Of a stretch of DNA of 64,000 nucleotides, positions 30,480-39,302 are shown piece by piece. Location: positions 26,365-90,364 of the forward strand of contig CAVZUW010000003.1 in assembly GCA_963778545.1 (NCBI GenBank), given 5' to 3'. Position numbers and translations under genes: made by a program. Every line of letters starts with the position of its first letter. The stretch's first letter is position 1. This stretch comes from an uncultured Actinomycetes bacterium. GTDB taxonomy: Bacteria > Actinomycetota > UBA4738 > HRBIN12. The notes under the pieces were generated by a model that did no database searches, was not told where the DNA came from, and worked only from the letters and a program-made list of their open reading frames with translations.

Positions 30480-30480
30480 G

Positions 30481-31353
30481 TCAGCTCCGGCGCCGGTAGG
30501 CCCACCAGCCCAGGCACGAGGCGAACAACCCGAGCGCCATCATCCCTCCGAAGCTGATCAGGCCCGGCAGGCGTTCGATCACCACGATCGGGATCGGCTG
30601 CTGGTCGAGCAGCTGCGTCATCTCGCGCGTCGTGAACCCGACGTTCTCGGCCCGGGCGATCATCGCGTCCTGCCAGACGAACCACACCATCGAGGAGAGC
30701 AGCGCGACGCCCAGACCCGCGACCGTGACGAGGATCGAGAGCACGGGGTTGAGGATCCCGGGCATCGACCACCCGCGTTGGAAGCCGTAGAAGAACCACA
30801 GGAGGCCCGACGCGGCCAGCATGACCGCCAGCACCGTGCCCACGGTCCCGACGAAGGCGGCGTGGCCTCGCACGGTGACCTCCACCACGAGGGCCTCCAC
30901 CGTGTCGGTCGCCGGCTGGGTGATCGTGAGGTGCGCCCAGGGCTCCTTCACCGCGAAGAAGGCCAGGACCCCGGCGACGGTCGCCGCCATCCCGGCCCAC
31001 AGCATCCACATGTCCGGGCCGAACGCACGCCGGGAGTTCGGGATCGCGCGGTGCGTCGACGGGTCCGAGAGCGGTGAGGTCGGGGGGCCGCTCGACCAGG
31101 TGTCACGGGGCGGGGCCGAGCCGAACGGCGCGGCGGCCGGCTTGGGCGGCGCCGCGACGGTCACCGACGGTGCGGTCGCGAACGACTCGGCGACCGGTTC
31201 GGTCTGGCCCGACGGGGAGCTCTGCTTGCCGGGAGGGCTCGCCGGGGGGGCGGTCTCGAGGTCGATCTCGCCGTCGCGCAGGTTCCGGCGACAGTGCGTG
31301 CACCGGACCACCGAGTCCCGGATCTCGCCACCGCAGTGCGGGCAGGTCTTCAC
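30481..31353 (-). CDS. Zinc-ribbon domain membrane protein: N-terminal CPHCGGEI...CTHC ribbon, Pro/Ser-rich linker, 4-TM C-terminal domain
   Basis: GTG at 31353 (VKTCPHCGGEIRDSVVRCTHCRRNL), parallel to the ATG-initiated paralogue at 57045. The C-terminal 180 aa are strongly hydrophobic. Confidence 0.6.
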   Translation of the reverse strand: MKTCPHCGGEIRDSVVRCTHCRRNLRDGEIDLETAPPASPPGKQSSPSGQTEPVAESFATAPSVTVAAPPKPAAAPFGSAPPRDTWSSGPPTSPLSDPSTHRAIPNSRRAFGPDMWMLWAGMAATVAGVLAFFAVKEPWAHLTITQPATDTVEALVVEVTVRGHAAFVGTVGTVLAVMLAASGLLWFFYGFQRGWSMPGILNPVLSILVTVAGLGVALLSSMVWFVWQDAMIARAENVGFTTREMTQLLDQQPIPIVVIERLPGLISFGGMMALGLFASCLGWWAYRRRS

Positions 31354-31391
31354 CCGATGAGTTTCGACGCGCCCGGATCGGCCCTTGAGGC

Positions 31392-32957
31392 TCAGCCCTC
31401 CGGGGGCGCTTCCGTGCCCGGCGGCTCGGGGACGGTGAGCTCGCGAAGCCTGCCCTCCGCGGCCGTGCGGGCTGCGGCGTGGGCGGGTTCGTGCCCGGTC
31501 ATCGTGCGCAGGAAGACGTCGCGTTCGAGCGACAGGAGCCGGACATGGGTCGCGGCGACCACGGTGGCGGTCCGGGGCACGTCGCGGAGCAGGGCGATCT
31601 CGCCCACGTGGGCACCGGGCCCGAGCCTGGCCACATGGCTCCCGTTCGAGGACACGTCGGCCTCGCCCGACGCGATCACGTAGACGCGGTCGCCGACGTC
31701 GCCCTCGCGGATGATCGTGGTCCCGGCGTCGACGACGAGCGGGACGCTGTTGCGGGCGAGCCGTTCGACGGCCGCGACCGGGAGCGGCTCGAACAGCGAC
31801 GTCCGTCGCAGGAGCGCCAGGTCGTCCGTCGGGACCCTCGCGCCGACGTCCACGGCCCGCAGCTGGCGCCGAAGCACCAGGAACGTCACCGGGATGATCG
31901 CGCCGGCGATCGCGAACGTCCACCGCGCACCGATCAGCGTGGCGAGGACCGCGGCGGCGAACGCGCCGAGCCCCTCGCTCCCCATGTAGACGGACTCGAG
32001 GACGCCGAGGGACCGGGTGAGCTTCTGGTCGGGGATCAGGCGTTGGAGCATCGTCCTGCCCGAGACGTCGTACAGGACGGCGCCCGAGCCCGCGACGCCG
32101 AGCAGGAGCGGCGCGAGCGCGGGGACGGCCCCGATCGCCGCGACGGGAACGCCGTACAGGAACGAGCCCGTTCGGAACGCGGGGAACAGCCGTTCACGGC
32201 TCCCGGCGACGACCGCGAAGGCCGCGCCGATCACCCCGCCCACACCCAGCGCGGCGTTCAGCGCGCCGACGCCGGTCTGACCGATCCCGAGCACCTCGAG
32301 CGCGAGCAGGACGATCAGGGTGTCGATGAATCCGAGGACGAACGTCCACAGTCCGAGGGTCCCGATCAGTACCCGCGGGCGTGGATCGGACCAGACGTAG
32401 CGGAACCCCGCGCCGAGCTCGCTCAGACCCGCGGAGGTCCGCTGCTGCGGATCCGGTGGCGGCGCCTGGCTGTGGACGCCGTACAGCAACACGGCGCCGA
32501 CGCCGAGCAGCACGGCGAGCGCCGCGTAGACGAGCCCGACCCCCGGGACGCCGAGCGCGGCCCCGAGAGCGAAGAAGGCCGTCGCGATCAGCGGACCAAA
32601 CAGGACGCAGCTGCTCTCGATCAGGCCTGCCGCCGTGTACGCCGTGGTGAGCTCGGTCGGGTCGCGCGCGAGCCAGGGGAGCAGGGCTCCGTGCGTCGGC
32701 CGCACGAGCGTGAGGAGCCAGCCCACCGAGCAGGCAGCGGCGTAGATCACGATCGAGGGCGCGTCGAGCAGCGCCGCGACGGCGGCGAGCACGCACGCCA
32801 CGCTCATCGACGCCTCCGCGAGCATGAAGACCTTCTCGCGCGGGAACCGGTCGCCCAGGACCGAACCGAGCGGCGCGATGATCGCGGCGGGGATGAGCTG
32901 GACCAGCGAGATGATCCCGACCACAGCCGCCCCGCCCTGGTCGAACGCGAACACCAT
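31392..32957 (-). CDS. MFS transporter fused to a C-terminal cyclic-nucleotide-binding (cNMP) domain. The true N-terminus probably lies upstream (in-frame TM1 continues to about 33150 without a canonical start)
   Basis: 521 aa from ATG 32957. The cNMP domain has GDVGDRVYVIASGEADV and GEIALL. Upstream in-frame translation IDDPPAEAASALSEIKRDLVVSARALAASFRNPDLARAQLAFVAFSICEWASFIAL looks like an MFS TM1, but the only start candidates before the TAA are CTG/ATC. Confidence 0.75.
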   Translation of the reverse strand: MVFAFDQGGAAVVGIISLVQLIPAAIIAPLGSVLGDRFPREKVFMLAEASMSVACVLAAVAALLDAPSIVIYAAACSVGWLLTLVRPTHGALLPWLARDPTELTTAYTAAGLIESSCVLFGPLIATAFFALGAALGVPGVGLVYAALAVLLGVGAVLLYGVHSQAPPPDPQQRTSAGLSELGAGFRYVWSDPRPRVLIGTLGLWTFVLGFIDTLIVLLALEVLGIGQTGVGALNAALGVGGVIGAAFAVVAGSRERLFPAFRTGSFLYGVPVAAIGAVPALAPLLLGVAGSGAVLYDVSGRTMLQRLIPDQKLTRSLGVLESVYMGSEGLGAFAAAVLATLIGARWTFAIAGAIIPVTFLVLRRQLRAVDVGARVPTDDLALLRRTSLFEPLPVAAVERLARNSVPLVVDAGTTIIREGDVGDRVYVIASGEADVSSNGSHVARLGPGAHVGEIALLRDVPRTATVVAATHVRLLSLERDVFLRTMTGHEPAHAAARTAAEGRLRELTVPEPPGTEAPPEG

Positions 32958-33236
32958 CAGCGCGATGAAGCTCGCCCACTCGCAGATGCTGAACGCGACG
33001 AACGCGAGCTGCGCGCGGGCGAGATCGGGGTTGCGGAACGACGCGGCCAGGGCTCGAGCCGAGACGACGAGGTCGCGTTTGATCTCGGAGAGCGCGGAGG
33101 CCGCCTCAGCGGGCGGATCGTCGATCGGGGTGCCCTTCTCGTTCGGGTCCGGTGGCCCGCGGGTGGGCCGCGGGGCCTCACGTTACGCTCCCGCGCCCCC
33201 TTCCATCCCGCAGCGGGACCTCGGTAGCCTTGACCC

Positions 33237-34148
33237 ATGGCTACCGCCGTGTGGACGGGCACCCTGTCGTTCGGGCTGATCACGCTCCCGGTGCGGCTGT
33301 ACCCGGCGACGCAGCCCAAGGACGTGCGCTTCCACCTGTACGACCGCGAGGGCCGTCGGATCCGCTACCAGCGGGTCGTCGAGGCGGAACTCGGCGCGTC
33401 GTCGGACCGGGAGGAGCCCGCGACGCCGGAGCCCGGCGCGGACGAGCCCGAGACCTCGGCGCGCGACGAGCGCGCGACGAGCTCGGGATCGGTCGAGACC
33501 CCCGTCGCGTGGGACGACGTCGTGCGCGGCGTCGAGACCGAGGAGGGCGAGCTCGTCACGGTGCCGAAGGAGGAGCTCGAGCGGATCCGTCCCGAACGGA
33601 GCCGTTCGATCGACATCGAGGATTTCGTCGAGCTCGAGCAGATCGACCCCGTGTCCTTCGACAAGAGCTACTACGCGATCCCGATGACGCCCGAGGCGAC
33701 CAAGCCCTACGTGCTGTTCCACCACGCGATGCGCGAGGCGGGGCGGATCGGGATCGGGCGGTTCGTGCTGCGGACCAAGCCGCATCTCGTCGCGATCCGA
33801 CCGATGGAGAAGGTCCTGGCCGTCGAGACGATGTTCTTCGGCGACGAGGTCCGAGATCCGGCCGAGCTCGCTCCCGGCCTGGACGGCGTCGAGGTCGACG
33901 AGCGCGAGTTGGACCTCGCGGTCACGCTCATCGAGACCCTGAGGACGGAGTGGGATCCCGGCCGGTACGCCGACACGTACCGAGAGGAGCTCCTCCGCAT
34001 GCTCGCGGAACGATCGCCGACGAGGGGCGCCCAGGTTGAGCCGTCCTCGGCGGGCGGGTCGCCGGTCGAGGAGCTGATGGCCGCCCTCAAGGAGAGCGTC
34101 GCCGCAGCCAAGCGCGACCGAACCCGGACGGAGAAGGCGATCGGCTAG
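33237..34148 (+). CDS. ku: Ku protein (non-homologous end-joining DNA-binding protein)
   Basis: 303 aa. N-terminus MATAVWTGTLSFGLITLPVRLYPATQ matches bacterial Ku. Contains an acidic low-complexity insertion (ELGASSDREEPATPEPGADEPETSARDERATSS) where the Zn loop normally is. Confidence 0.85.
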   Translation: MATAVWTGTLSFGLITLPVRLYPATQPKDVRFHLYDREGRRIRYQRVVEAELGASSDREEPATPEPGADEPETSARDERATSSGSVETPVAWDDVVRGVETEEGELVTVPKEELERIRPERSRSIDIEDFVELEQIDPVSFDKSYYAIPMTPEATKPYVLFHHAMREAGRIGIGRFVLRTKPHLVAIRPMEKVLAVETMFFGDEVRDPAELAPGLDGVEVDERELDLAVTLIETLRTEWDPGRYADTYREELLRMLAERSPTRGAQVEPSSAGGSPVEELMAALKESVAAAKRDRTRTEKAIG

Positions 34149-34158
34149 GTTCCGAGGC

Positions 34159-34866
34159 TCAGGCGAGCGCCACGTCGACCAGGATGAGCTCGCTGGTCGC
34201 GTTCGCCGAGATCTCGACGTGTTCCTCGCCGGTGATCTGCGCGGCGGATCCGGTCTGCATCCGCTCGCCGTTCACCTCGACATCGCCCTCGATCACGTAG
34301 AGGTACCCGCCGCGTCCCGGCGCGAGCTGATGCTCGACCGAGCGACCGGCGTTCAGGCGCGAGACGAACACGTGGGCGTCCTGGTGCACGAGCACGGCGT
34401 CGCCGCCGTCACCGCTGATCGCCTTCAGGAGCGTGTCGGTGCGGTCCGCCGGGGTGAACACCTTCTGCTCGACGCCGGGCGCCAGACCGCGTTCGGCGGG
34501 CATGATCCAGATCTGGATGAAGCGCATCGGCTCGGTTTCGGACGCGTTCTGTTCGGAATGGTTCGCGCCGCTCCCGAGCGTCATCCGCTGCACCGAACCT
34601 GCGGGCAGCGGTCCCGGCGACCCGCCCACGTCGTCCTCGTGGCGGAACATCCCCGCGACCACGTAGGTCAGCCCCTCGATGTCGCGGTGCGGATGCATCG
34701 GCCACACGGCGCCGGGCACGAGCCGGTCGTCGTTGAACACGCGCATCGTGCCGAACCGCGTGTACTCGGGGTCGACGTAGCTGTCGAACGAGTAGTGCCA
34801 CCGGGCGCGGAACCACCCGCCTTCCACGTCGGAGATCTCGTCGTCCGTGCGGATCTTCAGCGGCAT
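34159..34866 (-). CDS. Pirin family protein (bicupin)
   Basis: 235 aa. Pirin metal-site motifs HPHRDIEGLTYVV...H...E. Confidence 0.85.
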   Translation of the reverse strand: MPLKIRTDDEISDVEGGWFRARWHYSFDSYVDPEYTRFGTMRVFNDDRLVPGAVWPMHPHRDIEGLTYVVAGMFRHEDDVGGSPGPLPAGSVQRMTLGSGANHSEQNASETEPMRFIQIWIMPAERGLAPGVEQKVFTPADRTDTLLKAISGDGGDAVLVHQDAHVFVSRLNAGRSVEHQLAPGRGGYLYVIEGDVEVNGERMQTGSAAQITGEEHVEISANATSELILVDVALA

Positions 34867-35187
34867 CTCCGCCGAAGCCTACCCGGCGAGCCTGCTCGCG
34901 AGGACGTCCACCTTCTCGATCGTCGGGGGCTCGGACAGGAGCTCGCCCGCCTTCTCCATCAACGCCGTGGCGATGGGTCCGGACAGGTGCACGTCGCGAC
35001 CGGAGCGTGAGGTCCGCGACGAGCCGGATATGGGAGGACGCCCACCTGCGAGGGGCGAGGCGGACGTCCTCCTTGTTGCCAGACCTCGTTGGTACCCGCC
35101 CCTGGGTCGAGGAAACCGCGCAGCGTTTCTGCGTCCCCGTTGCGGGAACACCCTGGAGGTAGGCACCGGAAGGAGGGAGTCGACCAG

Positions 35188-35784
35188 ATGGCGAACGCTT
35201 CGGCGCACCGGCTCGGGCGAGTCCTCGCGATCGCGCTCGTCCTCGCTGCCGCGACCGTCCTCCATGCGAGCGACGCGACGGCCGGGGGCGCCTGCACGAT
35301 CACGGGCACGGCCGGCGACGACCGGCTACGCGGAACCAACGGTCCCGATGTGATCTGTGGGCTCGGAGGCGACGACCGGATACGCGGTCGTTTGGGGAAC
35401 GACCTGATCCGAGGGGGAGACGGCAACGACAACCTCTTCGGCAACGCCGGCAGCGACCGGCTCGTCGGCGGGTCGGGGAGCGACTTCATGGTGGCGGGCC
35501 GAGGTCGCGACCTTTCGCTCGGTGGAGCAGGCTCGGACTTCAGCGGGGTCAGCTCTCAGGGTTCGGACCGATGGAGCGGCGGGCCGGGCATCGATCACCT
35601 GACCGACTTCAGTGGGGCTGACCGCATCTCGGGAGGGACGGGGGCCGATGGTTGCCTCGCGACCGAGGACGGTGTGGGTGACGACACGATCCGTGGCGGA
35701 CCCGGGCGTGACGTTGGGGACGCCGATGACGGCGACACCGTGTCGAGCCTCGAGATCCAAGGGCGTGTCTGTTTCGCGGACTGA
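35188..35784 (+). CDS. Secreted RTX (haemolysin-type calcium-binding) repeat protein
   Basis: ATG 35188 after a GGAAGGAGGGA RBS. Signal peptide. At least 8 GGxGxDxL/I/F nonapeptide repeats (GGDDRIRG, GGDGNDNLFG, GGSGSDFMVAG...). Confidence 0.75.
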   Translation: MANASAHRLGRVLAIALVLAAATVLHASDATAGGACTITGTAGDDRLRGTNGPDVICGLGGDDRIRGRLGNDLIRGGDGNDNLFGNAGSDRLVGGSGSDFMVAGRGRDLSLGGAGSDFSGVSSQGSDRWSGGPGIDHLTDFSGADRISGGTGADGCLATEDGVGDDTIRGGPGRDVGDADDGDTVSSLEIQGRVCFAD

Positions 35785-35876
35785 CGTCGTGGAGGGACGG
35801 CACTTCGGTATCTGACGAGTGCCCCTCGAACCCATCAGACTTCGGGGACGCCGACCTCGAAGCCTACGAGGGGAGC

Positions 35877-38597
35877 CTAGCCACCGGGTGCCTGGTCGAC
35901 CCGGACGTGATCCAGGTTCATCGTGAAGGTCTTGGAAGCGTTGTCACCGATCTGGACCCATCCGATCGGGGTGGTGCCCGTGTTCGCGGACCAGGCGTTC
36001 ACGATGCGGACGCCGTCCCGGTACAGGTCCCAGGTCGTGGCCGACCCGACCGTGCCGCACAGCTCCACGGAGTGCCACCCCGAGCCGAGCGCCACGCCGG
36101 AGTTGAGCTGGACGCCCGAGACGTCCGAGCGCAGGGTCAGCGTGTTGGTGGAAGAGACGAAGGCCTTGATGATGGGCCCGTTCGACGCCGTGCGGAGTCG
36201 GAACAGGTCGACGTTGTTGCCCGATGCCAGGTTGACGCTCGCACTCAGGCAGGCCTGCGGGTAGGTCTGCGCGAGCGTCTTGTTCGCGAACGCGCTCTGG
36301 TTGACCACCTGAGCCCGCGCCGAGGGTGCCGACGGGCTTCCGGCGCCCGCATCGATCGTGAGCCGGGTCGTCGAGCTCCAGCCGGCGAGGTTGGCGAAAT
36401 CATCGGCGAAGATCGCTCCGGCCGCCGAGGACACGGTGATCGGCGCTGACTCGGGGCTGGAAACGCTCGCGTTGTTCATCGCGTCGACCGCATCGACCGC
36501 GTAGGTATGCATCGAGCCGGCCGCCAACCCCGTGTCGGTGAACGACGTGGCGGTCGTGGAGCCGATGGAGGACCCACCACCATCGCGGTAGACGCGGTAG
36601 GTGATCGGCGGCGAGTCGTCCGTGGAGCCGGCCCAGGCGATCTGGATCGTGCCTGCGGAGGGACTCGTTCCGGTGGGCGTCCCCGGGACGGTCGGAGGCA
36701 CGAAATCCGGCGTGCTGCTCTCGCCGGGTGCCTGGTCGACCCGGACGTGATCCAGGTTCATCGTGAAGGTCTTGGAAGCGTTGTCACCGATCTGGACCCA
36801 TCCGATCGGGGTGGTGCCCGTGTTCGCGGACCAGGCGTTCACGATGCGGACGCCGTCCCGGTACAGGTCCCAGGTCGTGGCCGACCCGACCGTGCCGCAC
36901 AGCTCCACGGAGTGCCACCCCGAGCCGAGCGCCACGCCGGAGTTGAGCTGGACGCCCGAGACGTCCGAGCGCAGGGTCAGCGTGTTGGTGGAAGAGACGA
37001 AGGCCTTGATGATGGGCCCGTTCGACGCCGTGCGGAGTCGGAACAGGTCGACGTTGTTGCCCGATGCCAGGTTGACGCTCGCACTCAGGCAGGCCTGCGG
37101 GTAGGTCTGCGCGAGCGTCTTGTTCGCGAACGCGCTCTGGTTGACCACCTGAGCCCGCGCCGAGGGTGCCGACGGGCTTCCGGCGCCCGCATCGATCGTG
37201 AGCCGGGTCGTCGAGCTCCAGCCGGCGAGGTTGGCGAAATCATCGGCGAAGATCGCTCCGGCCGCCGAGGACACGGTGATCGGCGCGGACGCAGGACTCG
37301 GTGGCCCCGTGTTCACCTCGTCGCTCGCGACGACCACGTAGGTGTGCGTGCTCGCGGCCGCGAGCCCCGTGTCGGTGAAGGACACGTTCGGGCCGGCACT
37401 CACGACGCTCCCCACCGGTGCCGGACCGCCGTCGCGATAGACGCGATAGGTGAGAGTCGCGTCGTCGGGGTCGGTCGCCGCCGACCAGGTAAGGGCGATC
37501 GCCCCCGGAGCGCCCGCTGCGCCGCTCGGCTGTCCGGGCGCCGTGGGCGGAGTGGTGTCATCGGGCGGCGAGGCCACAGCGGTGAAGTACGGGTCGGCCC
37601 CCATCGCGGTGAAGGCCGTCAATGAGGAGGCGCTGGAGTCGATCAGGAAGTTGCACCCGGGGTTCGCCCAATCGACGGTGTTGAAGTAGAGCGCGGCGCG
37701 GAACGATTCCCATCCGGGTGACTTGAGCAGGGCCCGGGCGTCGTTGAACCACTGCGCCTTGCGGCCGGGCACCGATGGATCCTCCACGGTGCCGAACTCG
37801 GGAAGCATCAGAGGGATCGTGGGATGGTTCTGACCGAACAACCGGAGAGGGTTCACGATATCGAAGAACGATTTCCAGGGACCGTTCGGGAAGCCTGCCT
37901 TGCAGTTATGCCAGTTGTACGCGTCTGCTCCGATCGCGTCGACGTACCCATCGCCCGGATACCAGTTCGCCGCGGCGTGCTCGCCTGTGATCCAGAAGGC
38001 TTCATCCGTGAGCGTCCAGACGAACTGCGCATTGACCGTCCCTTCGGCCTCGAAGACGTTCCACACCCGCCGCCAGGCATCGATGTAGTCGGTGCTCGTC
38101 CCGAGATCGTCGTTCCGCATCATCTCCGGTTCGGGTGAGAACAAGAAGTAGAGCGGCGCGCCGTAGTCGCGGATACGTCGCGCCCAGCTCACGAGGTCGT
38201 TGTAGACGGGTGATCCCACTGGTGCGTCGGCGATGGTCCTCCACAGCACGGGCGTGCCGTTCCCGTATCGGGTGGCTAGCGAGAGGAAGAGCGTGTGGTT
38301 CGTATCGCGCATCCACAGATCCAATGGCGTGGGGAATGCCGAGTCCCAACGGTCGAACTCCCGTATGGCCGCCAGCGGACGACCGATGTCCGCCTCGATG
38401 TTCCCGATCTCCTGCTGCGTGACGGGCACGGGATGGGCGCCGAGGATGATGGTCGGGAGCGCGGGGTCGGCGGACGCGGGCAACGGAGCGCCGACCACCC
38501 CTGACGCACATGCCACGGCCACAAGGAGCACGAACACCACGGGCGCGAAGAGGCCGGTGGGCTCGCCTCGACGTCGCCGCTGAGGTGTGAGCGTCAT
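35877..38597 (-). CDS. Secreted multidomain glycoside hydrolase, GH26-like (mannanase family) catalytic domain + [FN3 + ~185-aa jelly-roll/ConA-like module] x2
   Basis: 906 aa from ATG 38597 (MTLTPQRRRRGEPTGLFAPVVFVLLVAVACASG is a signal peptide). GH26-like region WRRVWNVF...WTLTDE...WYPGDGYVDAIGADAYNW...EFG. Two FN3-like segments and a duplicated C-terminal module. Confidence 0.8.
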   Translation of the reverse strand: MTLTPQRRRRGEPTGLFAPVVFVLLVAVACASGVVGAPLPASADPALPTIILGAHPVPVTQQEIGNIEADIGRPLAAIREFDRWDSAFPTPLDLWMRDTNHTLFLSLATRYGNGTPVLWRTIADAPVGSPVYNDLVSWARRIRDYGAPLYFLFSPEPEMMRNDDLGTSTDYIDAWRRVWNVFEAEGTVNAQFVWTLTDEAFWITGEHAAANWYPGDGYVDAIGADAYNWHNCKAGFPNGPWKSFFDIVNPLRLFGQNHPTIPLMLPEFGTVEDPSVPGRKAQWFNDARALLKSPGWESFRAALYFNTVDWANPGCNFLIDSSASSLTAFTAMGADPYFTAVASPPDDTTPPTAPGQPSGAAGAPGAIALTWSAATDPDDATLTYRVYRDGGPAPVGSVVSAGPNVSFTDTGLAAASTHTYVVVASDEVNTGPPSPASAPITVSSAAGAIFADDFANLAGWSSTTRLTIDAGAGSPSAPSARAQVVNQSAFANKTLAQTYPQACLSASVNLASGNNVDLFRLRTASNGPIIKAFVSSTNTLTLRSDVSGVQLNSGVALGSGWHSVELCGTVGSATTWDLYRDGVRIVNAWSANTGTTPIGWVQIGDNASKTFTMNLDHVRVDQAPGESSTPDFVPPTVPGTPTGTSPSAGTIQIAWAGSTDDSPPITYRVYRDGGGSSIGSTTATSFTDTGLAAGSMHTYAVDAVDAMNNASVSSPESAPITVSSAAGAIFADDFANLAGWSSTTRLTIDAGAGSPSAPSARAQVVNQSAFANKTLAQTYPQACLSASVNLASGNNVDLFRLRTASNGPIIKAFVSSTNTLTLRSDVSGVQLNSGVALGSGWHSVELCGTVGSATTWDLYRDGVRIVNAWSANTGTTPIGWVQIGDNASKTFTMNLDHVRVDQAPGG
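35881..36437. repeat. Copy 1 of a 557-bp perfect direct repeat (part of an 840-bp tandem duplication inside the GH26 gene)
   Basis: 35881-36437 is identical to 36721-37277 (period 840 bp). The identical 113-aa and 180-aa antisense ORFs in the track arise from this. Confidence 0.85.
36721..37277. repeat. Copy 2 of the 557-bp perfect direct repeat
   Basis: See copy 1. The flanking ~280 bp (FN3 segments) have diverged. Confidence 0.85.
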
Positions 38598-38797
38598 CCG
38601 ATGGGGCGGTCGACCCCCGGTGAGGGACTCGACCGACGGCGCATCGTAGACGGGGGTGGGGCCGAGGCGCAATCCTTCATCCGGATGAAGATCCTCGTCG
38701 GGATCATGCGGCCTAGAGGGATTGCTTCCGGGGTGCCACGCGTGAGTGGCGAGGCAATGAGGCGACGCCGCCCGTAGACGTCGATCTGCGTTCCCTG

Positions 38798-38841
38798 GTG
38801 CGCCGGGGAGGACTCGAACCTCCGACCCGCTGCTTAGAAGG
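38798..38841. repeat. 44-bp direct repeat identical to the 3' part of tRNA-Arg(TCT) (49833-49876); candidate attR of an integrated element
   Basis: GTGCGCCGGGGAGGACTCGAACCTCCGACCCGCTGCTTAGAAGG occurs at both positions. It covers the acceptor 3' strand, T-arm, variable loop and the 3' anticodon stem/loop. Confidence 0.75.
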
Positions 38842-38999
38842 TATGCGGGAGCGGAACGACGTGCGAACATGCCTGGACGCACCGTATCGAGCGAGCGGAA
38901 TGCGCTTAGTTAGCGGGTCGGGTCACGGTGCATTGGGCTGTCCGAGCCGCCGCGTACGGTACCTGTGCTTCCCCCCGACTACGTCCGAGCGAGGTGGTC

Positions 39000-39242
39000 A
39001 TGACGTTGCGACCGTTGGCCCCGCGATGCCAGCGGGTAGACGATGACATCCAATGCAGGTTCGATGCCGTGCGGCGGGTGCTCATCGTCGGCGGTGACCC
39101 GCCGGACCCCGATCAGTCGGGCTTCGCTGGGACGATCTACACGGTCCAGGTCTGCAAGCAGCACGACCCCGACCCGCGCCAGTCGATGCCGATCCCCCGT
39201 CCTCCGGGTTCCGTGCCGATCGGGGAACGTCCGCACTTGTAG
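39000..39242 (+). CDS. Hypothetical small protein
   Basis: ORF 38928-39242 (internal ATG 39000). No recognisable domain. Confidence 0.3.
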   Translation: MTLRPLAPRCQRVDDDIQCRFDAVRRVLIVGGDPPDPDQSGFAGTIYTVQVCKQHDPDPRQSMPIPRPPGSVPIGERPHL

Positions 39243-39302
39243 GGCGCAGCGAAATCGTGGCCGGAGGCCTAATTCCCCATCAGCGGGAGTAGGCTCCTAG
39301 CC

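Noticed and set aside
35907-37104. Identical plus-strand ORFs (113 aa and 180 aa, present twice) inside the GH26 region
   Set aside because: Antisense products of the duplicated 557-bp segment of the minus-strand GH26 gene, not independent genes.
38597-38882. N-terminal 95 codons of the 1001-aa ORF (MRPGMFARRS...)
   Set aside because: They would run through the attR/tRNA-like repeat and lack a signal peptide. The ATG at 38597 gives a proper signal peptide start.
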